From Acutalibacteraceae bacterium (lineage in GTDB: Bacteria; Bacillota; Clostridia; Oscillospirales; Acutalibacteraceae): a stretch of DNA of 61,949 nt. The translations under genes and the position numbers were made by a program. A model generated the notes under the pieces. That model was not told where the DNA came from, did no database searches, and saw only the letters and a program-made list of their open reading frames with translations. The stretch spans positions 1 to 61,949 of the forward strand of contig JAZSPH010000063.1 of the NCBI GenBank assembly GCA_045537355.1, read 5' to 3'. The first letter of the stretch is position 1; each line of letters opens with the position of its first letter. Positions 9,766 through 19,050 of this stretch are shown one piece after another.

Positions 9766-10521
9766 ATGTTTACAACTGTCAAAGGACTAAAAATTGAATA
9801 TACCGAGCAAGGTAAGGGTACCCCCGTTCTTTTACTTCACGGTTGGGGTTCTTCCTTTGCAGTTTACGGTAGAATTATGCAAGTTTTAAGTGGTAAATGC
9901 CGTTTAGTTGCTGTTAATTTCCCCGGTTGTGGCGAAAGTGAAACCATGAAAAATCCTTGGAACTTGGATGATTACTGTGATTTTTGCCTTGAGTTTATGA
10001 AAAATGTGGGACTCGAAAACCCAATTCTTATCGGCCACTCCCATGGTGGAAGAGTTATTTTAAAAATGACCGCCGAAAAGATGGTAAATCCCCCTAAAAT
10101 CGTTTTGCTTGACAGCGCAGGATTAATCCCCAAAAAATCATTTAAACAAAAATTTAAGGCAAAAAGTTTTAAAACAATAAAATGGGCTTTGACCCTTCCT
10201 GTTATTAAAAACTATAGTGAAGGTTTATTGCAAAAAGCCAGAAATTACTACGGTTCGGCTGACTATAACGCAGCCCCCGAAGTTTTAAGAAAAACGCTTG
10301 TTAATCTCGTAAACACTGACTTAAGAGACATTTTACCAAATATTTCCTGCCCGTCGTTACTGATTTGGGGTGACCTTGATACTGCTACTCCCCTTGAAGA
10401 TGCAAAAATTATTGAGAGTTTAATCCCCGATGCAGGTCTTTGCGTTCTTAAAGGCACAGGTCATTATTCTTTTTGCGAAAAGCCTTTTGAGGCCGAAGCA
10501 ATTTTAAAAAGTTTTATATGA
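9766..10521 (+). CDS. Alpha/beta-fold hydrolase
   Basis: LLLHGWGSS oxyanion region, nucleophile elbow GHSHGG and C-terminal GTGH. Start at ATG 9766 behind an AGGTGA RBS. Confidence 0.8.
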   Translation: MFTTVKGLKIEYTEQGKGTPVLLLHGWGSSFAVYGRIMQVLSGKCRLVAVNFPGCGESETMKNPWNLDDYCDFCLEFMKNVGLENPILIGHSHGGRVILKMTAEKMVNPPKIVLLDSAGLIPKKSFKQKFKAKSFKTIKWALTLPVIKNYSEGLLQKARNYYGSADYNAAPEVLRKTLVNLVNTDLRDILPNISCPSLLIWGDLDTATPLEDAKIIESLIPDAGLCVLKGTGHYSFCEKPFEAEAILKSFI

Positions 10522-10534
10522 AAGGAAGGCTAAA

Positions 10535-12103
10535 ATGAATTATTACCTGTTAATTTCTCTTGTTTTGGCGAGTTTTTCTTCGCTTTTTACCCTTATTCGC
10601 CAACTTCAAATGCTACAGCAAAATTCATACTTCCCTTCAAGATACTTCTCTTGGCTTAAGGATAATTTACCTTTTTATGAGGTTTTAATGTTCCTTGTTA
10701 CCTCTCTTTTATTTATTTTCAAAGCCTATATTCCATTGGTTATTTTTTGCACTGCTGTTGCGGCCGTAAGAATTCCGAGATATTTAAATATTCACAAGAA
10801 ATCTATAAAAAAATTGGTGTTCACCGCAAGGATTAAACGACTTTTTGCAACTGCTATCATTATTCAGGTGATACTCATCTCGGTTTATGTTATTAAACCG
10901 ATTTCTCTTGCGGGAAGACTTTGCTTGGATTTTAGTTTTGTATTTTCTTATCTTGTACCAATTTACACCTTTGTTATTTGGGGTGTCACTTTACCCATTG
11001 AAAAAGCCTTTAACATCTACTTTGTAAATGATGCTAAAAAAATCCTTCGTTCTTACAAGGATTTAAAAGTTATCGGAATTACCGGAAGTTACGGCAAAAC
11101 CACCACAAAATTCATACTAACCAGAATTTTAAGTGAAAAATTCAATGTAGTTTGCACTCCACACAGTTTTAATACTCCCATGGGTGTTGTTAGAACCGTT
11201 CGTGAACACTTTAAACCCCAAACTCAGGTTTTCGTTTGCGAAATGGGTGCTAAAAACGTGGGCGATATCAAGGAAATTTGCAATATTGTAAAACCCGATT
11301 TTGGCCTTATTACCTCGGTTGGTGAGCAACATCTTGAAACCTTTAAAAGTGTTGAAAATGTCTTTAAAACCAAATTTGAATTGGCCGATGCAGTTAGTAA
11401 AAAAGATGGACTTACCTTTGTAAACGGAGACAGTAAAGAAATTACCAACCGTATTGATATTAATAATTTCAAGGTTTACGGCAGTGAAAATAATTTTGCC
11501 TACAGTATAAACAACATCACCTGCAACCGAAACGGTTCCAAGTTTGACCTTGACTTAGGTGATACAACCATTACCCTTACCACAAAACTTTTAGGAAAAC
11601 ATAGCATAATTAATATTGCAGGTGCAGCTGCTTTGGCTTACACCTTGGGTGTTTCTCCAAAAGATATTCAGTTTGCAGTGGCATCTCTCAAACCTACCGA
11701 GCATCGTTTGGAACTCAAAAACGGTATAAACCGTTCCCTTTTAATCGATGATGCTTATAATGCAAACCCCGAAGGTTCTCTTGAAGCCGTTAATGTTTTA
11801 AATTCCTTTGAGGGTATGAAAAAGGTTATTGTAACACCGGGTCTTATTGAACTTGGTGAGAGAGAATACGAATGCAACTTCCAATTAGGCGCAGCTGCCG
11901 CAAAGGTTTGCGACGCTGTGATTTTAGTTGGTCTTAACCGTTCAAAGCCCTTGGCCGAAGGTGTTAAATCCACCGATTTTAATACTGAAAATCTTCATAT
12001 TGTTGCAAGTTTTAAGGATGCTATGGCAGTATTCTCCAAAATTGCCGATAATAACACAGTAGTTCTTTTAGAAAACGATTTACCTGACAATTATTTAAAA
12101 TAA
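10535..12103 (+). CDS. murF: UDP-MurNAc-tripeptide--D-Ala-D-Ala ligase (MurF-type Mur ligase) with an N-terminal membrane domain
   Basis: Mur ligase P-loop GITGSYGKTTTK at residues 181-192, then central and C-terminal Mur ligase domains (DDAYNANP). Residues 1-160 are hydrophobic helices. Directly upstream of ddl. Confidence 0.8.
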   Translation: MNYYLLISLVLASFSSLFTLIRQLQMLQQNSYFPSRYFSWLKDNLPFYEVLMFLVTSLLFIFKAYIPLVIFCTAVAAVRIPRYLNIHKKSIKKLVFTARIKRLFATAIIIQVILISVYVIKPISLAGRLCLDFSFVFSYLVPIYTFVIWGVTLPIEKAFNIYFVNDAKKILRSYKDLKVIGITGSYGKTTTKFILTRILSEKFNVVCTPHSFNTPMGVVRTVREHFKPQTQVFVCEMGAKNVGDIKEICNIVKPDFGLITSVGEQHLETFKSVENVFKTKFELADAVSKKDGLTFVNGDSKEITNRIDINNFKVYGSENNFAYSINNITCNRNGSKFDLDLGDTTITLTTKLLGKHSIINIAGAAALAYTLGVSPKDIQFAVASLKPTEHRLELKNGINRSLLIDDAYNANPEGSLEAVNVLNSFEGMKKVIVTPGLIELGEREYECNFQLGAAAAKVCDAVILVGLNRSKPLAEGVKSTDFNTENLHIVASFKDAMAVFSKIADNNTVVLLENDLPDNYLK

Positions 12104-12115
12104 GAGGTCTTTTTT

Positions 12116-13315
12116 ATGAAAACAAATGTAGCATTTTTTTACGGTTGCCGTTCGGTTGAACACGAGGTTTCAATTATTTCAGCCGTTCAAGCCATGATGG
12201 CGATAAACAAGGAGAAATATGATGTTACTCCCGTTTATGTTACCAAAGATGGCGAAATGTACACCGGAGAAAAGCTTTTTACCATTGAAGAATACCAAAA
12301 TTTACCCAAACTTTTAGAAGAGTGCAAAAAGGTTTTCTTTGTTAGAGAAAACGGCAAAGTGCTTATGAAACAAGAGGGCGAAAAAGGTTTCTTCAAAAAG
12401 GAAATCCCCCCTGTAGAAATTGATGTTGCCTTTCCCGTTGTTCACGGCACAAACTGTGAAGATGGCACAATTCAAGGCTATTTGGAATTTTTGGGATTAC
12501 CTTACGTTGGATGCGATATTTTATCCTCGGCTGTTGGTATGGATAAAGCCGTATTTAAGGATGTTTTAATGAAGGCAGGACTTCCTGTTCTTGACTGCAT
12601 TCGTTTTACTTCTCGTGAATATTTAAGCGATAAGGAAGGCTATGCAAAAGAGATTACCAAAAAAATCGGATACCCCTTAATTGTTAAGCCTGTAAACTTG
12701 GGTTCCAGCGTTGGTATCAGCAAGGTAAACTCCCCCGAAGAATTAGACGAGGCTTTAACCCTTGCAATTTCCTTTGCCGATAAAATTTTGGTTGAACGTG
12801 CCGTTACCAAAATCCGTGAGATCAACTGCTCGGTTTTAGGTGATGTGAACGAGTGCTTTGCCAGTGTTTGCGAAGAACCTTTTATGAGCGATGAAATTTT
12901 GTCATACGAAAACAAGTACCTTTCAAATGCCAAAGGTGGTCAAAGCAAAGGTATGGCATCTTTGGGAAGAAAAATCCCTGCCGATTTGACTAAAAAACGC
13001 AGCGATGAAATTCGTGAACTTTCTTGCAAAATCTTTAAAGCCATCGGCGCTTGTGGTGTTGTTAGAATAGACTTCATAATTGATGGCGAAACCGATACTG
13101 TTTATGCCAACGAAATCAACACCATCCCCGGTTCTTTGGCTTTTTATCTTTGGGATGCAACCGATTTGAAATATCCCGAACTTTGCGACAAGCTTATTGA
13201 ACTCGCTTTTCGCAGACAGCGTAATCGCGATAATTTAACCTTTACTATCAACACCAATATCCTTTCGGGTGTTAAACTCGGTGGAGCCAAGGGCACAAAA
13301 GGAGCAAAGTTTTAA
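12116..13315 (+). CDS. ddl: D-alanine--D-alanine ligase
   Basis: GCRSVEHEVSIISA N-terminus and ATP-grasp motifs GYPLIVKP and NEINTIPG. Confidence 0.9.
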   Translation: MKTNVAFFYGCRSVEHEVSIISAVQAMMAINKEKYDVTPVYVTKDGEMYTGEKLFTIEEYQNLPKLLEECKKVFFVRENGKVLMKQEGEKGFFKKEIPPVEIDVAFPVVHGTNCEDGTIQGYLEFLGLPYVGCDILSSAVGMDKAVFKDVLMKAGLPVLDCIRFTSREYLSDKEGYAKEITKKIGYPLIVKPVNLGSSVGISKVNSPEELDEALTLAISFADKILVERAVTKIREINCSVLGDVNECFASVCEEPFMSDEILSYENKYLSNAKGGQSKGMASLGRKIPADLTKKRSDEIRELSCKIFKAIGACGVVRIDFIIDGETDTVYANEINTIPGSLAFYLWDATDLKYPELCDKLIELAFRRQRNRDNLTFTINTNILSGVKLGGAKGTKGAKF

Positions 13316-14499
13316 TGACCGAACTAATAGTAAAACTTTTTGTCAAAGACAGTGAAAATGTAAAGGACAATACTGTTCGCAAGGCCTATGGCACTTTGGG
13401 TGGTTTTGTTGGAATTTTATGCAACCTTATTTTATGTATAATCAAAATTACCGTAGGTCTCATTTCAGGCAGTATTTCCATTATGGCTGATGGTTTTAAT
13501 AATCTTTCGGATATGGGTTCTTCCCTTATCACCATTATCGGTTTTAAACTCGCCGGAAAACCTGCCGACCGTGACCATCCTTTCGGACATGGAAGAATTG
13601 AATATATCTCCGCATTTATCGTATCTGTACTTATTCTAATCGTTGGTGTGGACCTTCTTGAAAGTTCCTTCAACACCCTTGTAAGTGGCAGCAAAACTCC
13701 TACATATTCGATTTGGGCAATTATTGTTCTTGTCGTTTCGGTTTTAATTAAATTCTGGATGTTTTTATTTAACCGAAAACTGGGCAATAAAATTTCTTCC
13801 GAAGTTTTGGTTGCAACCTCTAAAGACAGTTTAAATGATGCTCTTGCCACCACTGCGATTTTAGCAAGTGTGGGCGTTACAAAGTTTGTTACTCTTCCCT
13901 TTAATCTTGACGCTTTAATGGGTATATTTGTAGCACTGTTCATTCTTTGGGCAGGTATTAATTCAGCCAAAGACACCCTTAACGAAATCTTGGGAAAACC
14001 ACCCGAAAAAGAACTTATTGAAGATATCGAAAACTTGATTTTAAGCTTTGATGAGTTTGTTGGTATTCACGATTTGATTATCCATAATTACGGTGTTGGC
14101 CGACAGTTCGCTTCGGTTCATGTTGAAGTTCCCCAAGATATTGATATTGTTAAATGTCATGAACAGGTTGACCTTTGTGAAAAAATGGTGGGTGAAGAAC
14201 TTGGCATCAGTCTTGTAATCCACATGGACCCCATTGATGTTAACAACGAAACCGTAAATGACACTAAGCAAAAAATGTCGGATGCCCTTCGCGTTATAAA
14301 CGAAAATCTAACACTTCACGATTTTAGGATGACACCTTTAAGCGAAAAACGAACAAACCTTATTTTTGATGTTGTTATTCCTGCAGAATTGGGTTTAAGT
14401 GAAAAAGAACTTGAAGAAAAAATCATAAATTTAGCCAAACTTATAAACCCGATTTTCGAGTGTGTTATAACCTTTGACAACGATTTTTGCGGTCATTAA
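13315..14499 (+). CDS. Cation diffusion facilitator (CDF) family metal efflux transporter
   Basis: Six TM helices, DHPFGHGR motif and a C-terminal cytoplasmic domain. The start overlaps the ddl stop (TAATG). Confidence 0.85.
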   Translation: MTELIVKLFVKDSENVKDNTVRKAYGTLGGFVGILCNLILCIIKITVGLISGSISIMADGFNNLSDMGSSLITIIGFKLAGKPADRDHPFGHGRIEYISAFIVSVLILIVGVDLLESSFNTLVSGSKTPTYSIWAIIVLVVSVLIKFWMFLFNRKLGNKISSEVLVATSKDSLNDALATTAILASVGVTKFVTLPFNLDALMGIFVALFILWAGINSAKDTLNEILGKPPEKELIEDIENLILSFDEFVGIHDLIIHNYGVGRQFASVHVEVPQDIDIVKCHEQVDLCEKMVGEELGISLVIHMDPIDVNNETVNDTKQKMSDALRVINENLTLHDFRMTPLSEKRTNLIFDVVIPAELGLSEKELEEKIINLAKLINPIFECVITFDNDFCGH

Positions 14500-14509
14500 T
14501 TAAAATTTT

Positions 14510-14540
14510 AAGAACCCCTTTTTTGGGGTTCTTTTTTTAT
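14510..14540 (+). terminator. Rho-independent terminator
   Basis: aagaacccc/ggggttctt followed by a T-run. Confidence 0.8.
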
Positions 14541-14603
14541 TTACTAATATTTTGAAATAAATGTGGAAAAGTATTAAAAGAATACTCTTTAGGAGGAGAA
14601 TTT

Positions 14604-15944
14604 ATGAAAAACAAAATCATATCCATCTTTTTATGCTTAATATCCGTTTTTTCCTGCTTTTCCTTGGCAGGTTGCGGTAAAAAAAGCGAAACCCTTGTTT
14701 ATTTTTTAAACTTCAAACCCGAGTCGGCAACCGTTTATGAAGAACTGGCAAAAAAATATGAAGAAGAAACCGGAATTGCCGTTAAGGTTTCGACTGCAGC
14801 GGCCAACACATACGAGCAAACCCTTAAATCCGAAATTGCAAAATCGGATGCCCCAACAATTTTCCAAGTAAACGGTCCTATCGGCTACGACGCTTGGAAA
14901 GATTACTGCGCTGATATTAAAGACAGCAAACTTTACTCTTTTTTGAGCGACAAAAACCTTGCCATTAAAGACGGAGAGGGCGTTTACGGTATCCCTTACG
15001 TTGTTGAAGGTTACGGCATTATTTACAATAATGCAATTATGGAAAAATATTTCGCCCTAAGCACTAAGAAAACCGACATAAAATCGGTTAGCGAAATTAA
15101 TTCCTTTGATAAATTAAAGGCTGTTGTGGAAGATATGACTGCCCAAAAAGAGGCTTTGGGAATTAAGGGTGTTTTTGCCTCCACCTCCCTTTCAAGTGGT
15201 GAAGACTGGCGTTGGCAAACCCATCTTTTAAACGTTCCTTTGTATTACGAAATGATTAACTCAAACGATAAAAAGGACCCCACCTTAAAGCTTTTGGACG
15301 CCAAAGAAATCAAACACAATTACTCCAAAAACTTCCAAAACCTTTTTGACCTTTATATCAACAACTCGGTAACTGCAAAGACCCTTTTAGGTTCTAAATC
15401 GGTTGCCGACTCAATGGCGGAATTTGCCTTAGGTCAGGTTGCAATGGTGCAAAACGGCAACTGGGGTTGGTCCCAAATTTCAGGTGTTAAGGGCAACACC
15501 GTTAAAGAAAGCGATATTAAAATGATGCCTTTATATATTGGTGTTGAAGGTGAAACCAAGCAAGGCCTTTGCATTGGTACCGAAAACTATTTTGCCATTA
15601 ACAAAAACGCATCGAAAGAAAAGCAACAAGCATCCCTTGATTTCCTTGAGTGGTTATTTTCAAGTGAAACAGGCAAAAAATACGTTACCGAAAAGTTGGG
15701 CTTTATAACACCCTTTAACACCTTCACCGAAGCCGAGCAACCCTCCGACCCATTGGCAAAAGAAATTGTTCGTTATCTATCAGACAGCAATTACGAAAAC
15801 ATTCCTTGGATATTTACTGCATTCCCCAGTGAAGCCTTTAAAAAGGAAGTTGGCAACGCTTTGCTTGACTATGCCCAAGGTTCCAAAAAATGGGACGAGG
15901 TGGAAAAAACAGTAATCTCCAAATGGAAGAGTGAGCGTTCTTGA
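14604..15944 (+). CDS. Carbohydrate ABC transporter substrate-binding lipoprotein
   Basis: Signal peptide with lipobox LAGC. 446-aa family-1 SBP architecture, followed by two permease genes. Confidence 0.85.
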   Translation: MKNKIISIFLCLISVFSCFSLAGCGKKSETLVYFLNFKPESATVYEELAKKYEEETGIAVKVSTAAANTYEQTLKSEIAKSDAPTIFQVNGPIGYDAWKDYCADIKDSKLYSFLSDKNLAIKDGEGVYGIPYVVEGYGIIYNNAIMEKYFALSTKKTDIKSVSEINSFDKLKAVVEDMTAQKEALGIKGVFASTSLSSGEDWRWQTHLLNVPLYYEMINSNDKKDPTLKLLDAKEIKHNYSKNFQNLFDLYINNSVTAKTLLGSKSVADSMAEFALGQVAMVQNGNWGWSQISGVKGNTVKESDIKMMPLYIGVEGETKQGLCIGTENYFAINKNASKEKQQASLDFLEWLFSSETGKKYVTEKLGFITPFNTFTEAEQPSDPLAKEIVRYLSDSNYENIPWIFTAFPSEAFKKEVGNALLDYAQGSKKWDEVEKTVISKWKSERS

Positions 15945-16789
15945 AATTAAATCCTTACCGAAGATATTTCCCGATTTTTGTCGGCCCCTGCCTTGTGGCC
16001 TTTTTAATCGCCTTTGCAATTCCATTTGTTATGGGATTATTCCTTTCCTTTACCGAATTCAGAACCGTAAGCGATGCTAAATTTGTAGGTCTTGAGAACT
16101 ATATTAAAGCCTTCGCCGATGACAGTGGCTTTTTGGAGTCTTTGTGGTTTACGGTTAAATTTTCGATTATTTCGGTAATAACCATTAATATAATTGCATT
16201 TTTCTTGGCACTGATTTTAACCAAATCGGTGCCCGGAACCCGCATTTTCAGAACAATATTTTTTATGCCAAACCTAATTGGTGGTATTGTTCTCGGATAT
16301 ATTTGGCAGGTTATTATAAATGGTGTGCTATATAATTATAATTACTCCATAACCTCCGACCCAACCTTTGGTTTTTGGGGACTTGTTGTGCTGATGAACT
16401 GGCAAATGATCGGTTACATGATGATAATCTATATTGCGGGAATTCAAAATATCTCTACCGATATTTTAGAGGCCGCCAAGGTGGACGGTGCGGGCAGTTT
16501 TGTTACACTAACCAGAATAATCATCCCGTCGGTTATGCCGTCAATTACAATTTGCCTGTTTTTAACCATAACCAATTCCTTTAAATTGTTTGACCAAAAC
16601 CTAGCCCTTACAGCAGGTGCCCCATCAAACCGAACCCAAATGTTAGCCCTTAACATTTATGATACCTTTTACTCCCGTAACGGATATGAGGGTGTGGGTC
16701 AGGCCAAGGCTGTTGTTTTCTTTATAATTGTGGCAATAATAGCCCTATCGCAACTATATTTCACACGAAAAAGAGAGGTTGAAAGTTAA
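15941..16789 (+). CDS. Carbohydrate ABC transporter permease
   Basis: Six TM helices and the EAA loop EAAKVDGAGSFVTLTRIIIP. Confidence 0.9.
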   Translation: MKLNPYRRYFPIFVGPCLVAFLIAFAIPFVMGLFLSFTEFRTVSDAKFVGLENYIKAFADDSGFLESLWFTVKFSIISVITINIIAFFLALILTKSVPGTRIFRTIFFMPNLIGGIVLGYIWQVIINGVLYNYNYSITSDPTFGFWGLVVLMNWQMIGYMMIIYIAGIQNISTDILEAAKVDGAGSFVTLTRIIIPSVMPSITICLFLTITNSFKLFDQNLALTAGAPSNRTQMLALNIYDTFYSRNGYEGVGQAKAVVFFIIVAIIALSQLYFTRKREVES

Positions 16790-17619
16790 TGAAAGAGCGT
16801 TTTTTGAGCACCCTTTACTTCTTCATTTTATCGGCACTTTCGATCCTTTTTATTTTTCCTGTTTTTGTGATTGTTATCAACTCCCTTAAATTCAAATTTT
16901 CCATTGCCACAACCCCCTTTGTTTTGCCCAATGCCGAAACCTTTAGTGGAGGTGAAAACTATATAACCGGTATCGAAACTACAGGATTTCCACAAGCTTT
17001 GGGATGGTCTTTATTTATCACGGTTTTTTCGGTAGTTGTTATCATTGTTTTCACATCCATGACTGCCTGGTATATCACAAGGGTTAAATCTCGTTTTAAC
17101 TCCTTTTTTTACTATGCCTTAGTTTTTTCAATGATTGTTCCCTTTCAAATGGTAATGTTTACAATGTCTAAAATCGCAAATGTTTTGCGCCTTGATAACC
17201 CCTTAGGAATTATTTTCATTTACCTGGGGTTTGGTGCAGGTCTTTCGGTCTTTATGTTTTCAGGATTTATTAAAACCGTTCCCAAAACCATTGAGGAGGC
17301 CGCCACAATTGACGGTTGTACCACATTTCAGGTTTTTTGGCTTGTGGTATTCCCCGTTCTTAAACCCACTGCCATTACGGTTGCAATTTTAAATACCATG
17401 TGGATCTGGAACGACTACCTGCTTCCTTATCTTATAATCGGTAAAGATTATAAAACTGTGCCCATTGCCGTACAATATCTTAAAGGTGGATATGGCTCGG
17501 TTGATATGGGCGCTATGATGGCAATGTTGGTGCTTTCCATTATTCCTGTAGTCGTCTTCTACCTGTTTTGCCAAAAATATATTATAAAAGGAGTAGCCTC
17601 GGGTGCAGTTAAAGGCTAA
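16789..17619 (+). CDS. Carbohydrate ABC transporter permease
   Basis: EAA loop EAATIDGCTTFQVFWLVVFP. Its start overlaps the preceding stop. Confidence 0.9.
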   Translation: MKERFLSTLYFFILSALSILFIFPVFVIVINSLKFKFSIATTPFVLPNAETFSGGENYITGIETTGFPQALGWSLFITVFSVVVIIVFTSMTAWYITRVKSRFNSFFYYALVFSMIVPFQMVMFTMSKIANVLRLDNPLGIIFIYLGFGAGLSVFMFSGFIKTVPKTIEEAATIDGCTTFQVFWLVVFPVLKPTAITVAILNTMWIWNDYLLPYLIIGKDYKTVPIAVQYLKGGYGSVDMGAMMAMLVLSIIPVVVFYLFCQKYIIKGVASGAVKG

Positions 17620-18982
17620 AATCAAAACACAAAAAAGAGGGATTTTGCTCCCTCTTTCTTCACTTCCCTCAAATTATGGAATTGGGTCATTAGGCCTAGA
17701 AGCCTATAATTTTATTGACTTTTTGAAAGAAACCGGCCAAAGTTATTGGCAAATGTTACCTTTATGTCCTGTTGGCAGAGGTAATTCTCCCTATGCCTCA
17801 ATTAGTTGCTTTGCAGGGGAAATTTTATATATCGACCTTGATATATTAGTTCAGGACGGGTTATTAGAAAAAAGCGAAATCGGCTCTTTTAGTTTTGCTA
17901 AAAATGTTGATTACAAGGCGGTGCGAGAATTTAAAATTCCACTGCTCAAATTGGCGGCCAATCGCTTTGATAAACAAAATGAAGATTATATTTCTTTTTG
18001 CAAAGAAAACGAATATTGGCTAGACGATTTTGCACAGTTTTGCAATATGAAATATAAAAGTCCCACTGAATTTTACAAGGTTAGTCAGTATTTATTTTTT
18101 AAGCAATACAAAGCACTGCACGACTACGCAAATCAAAATGGCATAAAAATCATTGGGGATATTCCTTTTTATGTTGATTTAGAAAGTGCTGATGTTTGGG
18201 GCACTCCCGAAATTTTCAAACTTGACAAAGATTTAAAACCCACCCTTGTTGCAGGAGTTCCTCCCGATATTTTTAGCACTACGGGACAACTTTGGGGCAA
18301 CCCCATTTATAATTGGGATTACCTTAAACAAAATGACTTTGACTGGTGGCAAAAAAGACTTACTCACAACGCAAAACTTTACGATGCCATTAGAATTGAC
18401 CACTTTAGAGCCTTTGCTGAATATTACTGCATCCCGGTAGGTTCAAAGGATGCAACAAGTGGTTTTTGGGTGAAAGGAGTGGGAAATGATTTTTTCGATT
18501 TGGTGAAACCGAAACTCGAAAACACCCTTATCATTGCTGAAGATTTAGGTGGCGAAGATGACCCTCTTGTCATCAAGCTTTTAAAACAAACGGGATTTCC
18601 AAATATGAAGGTTTTGCAGTTTGCCTTTAATTCGGATGAAAACAACATCTTTTTGCCCCAAAATTTTGGAAGCAACTGCGTTTGTTACACAGGCACCCAC
18701 GATAACGACACCACCCTTGGTTGGTTTCAAAAATTATCCGAAAAGGAAAAACGACTTTTTGACCGTTTAGTGCCAAAAAAATATTCGTCCCCCGTTTTAA
18801 ATTTAATCGCCTTTGGCCTTAATTCAAAAGCCGATATTGTGATAATCCCCTTTACCGATTATTTGGAACTTAATTCAGAAAATCGAATCAACATCCCCTC
18901 GGTACCCACGGGCAACTGGGAGTGGAGGTTTGAAAAGGGCGATATTACTGAGGATTTAAAGAAAAAAATTAACTTTTTTTAG
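17603..18982 (+). CDS. malQ: 4-alpha-glucanotransferase (amylomaltase, GH77)
   Basis: GILLPLSSLPSNYGIGSLG N-terminus with IIGDIPFYV, RIDHFRAF, IAEDLG and YTGTHDNDT motifs. Confidence 0.9.
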   Translation: MQLKAKIKTQKRGILLPLSSLPSNYGIGSLGLEAYNFIDFLKETGQSYWQMLPLCPVGRGNSPYASISCFAGEILYIDLDILVQDGLLEKSEIGSFSFAKNVDYKAVREFKIPLLKLAANRFDKQNEDYISFCKENEYWLDDFAQFCNMKYKSPTEFYKVSQYLFFKQYKALHDYANQNGIKIIGDIPFYVDLESADVWGTPEIFKLDKDLKPTLVAGVPPDIFSTTGQLWGNPIYNWDYLKQNDFDWWQKRLTHNAKLYDAIRIDHFRAFAEYYCIPVGSKDATSGFWVKGVGNDFFDLVKPKLENTLIIAEDLGGEDDPLVIKLLKQTGFPNMKVLQFAFNSDENNIFLPQNFGSNCVCYTGTHDNDTTLGWFQKLSEKEKRLFDRLVPKKYSSPVLNLIAFGLNSKADIVIIPFTDYLELNSENRINIPSVPTGNWEWRFEKGDITEDLKKKINFF

Positions 18983-18992
18983 TCTCCTGCTC

Positions 18993-19021
18993 TTGACAAT
19001 ACACATATATTTTTGTATAAT
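18993..19021 (+). promoter_or_regulatory. Consensus sigma-A type promoter of the citrate synthase-GntR-aconitase-IDH operon
   Basis: TTGACA (18993-98), 17-bp spacer, TATAAT (19016-21). Confidence 0.6.
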
Positions 19022-19038
19022 TGTATACAATAATACAA
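19013..19038. promoter_or_regulatory. Candidate GntR/FadR-type operator overlapping the -10 box
   Basis: 26-bp palindrome ttgtataattgtatacaataatacaa with one symmetric mismatch pair. The core ATTGTATACAAT (19020-31) is perfect and has the GT-N-AC character of GntR sites. Confidence 0.45.
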
Positions 19039-19050
19039 TGAGGTGTAGAA

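Noticed and set aside
13386-13976. 196-aa ORF antisense to the CDF transporter gene
   Set aside because: It lies wholly inside a well-supported gene on the opposite strand and has no RBS or recognisable motif. The same reasoning applies to the other long antisense or alternate-frame ORFs in the track, such as 31765-32241, 47611-48063, 48331-48792, 53423-53905, 54689-55168 and 24786-25220.
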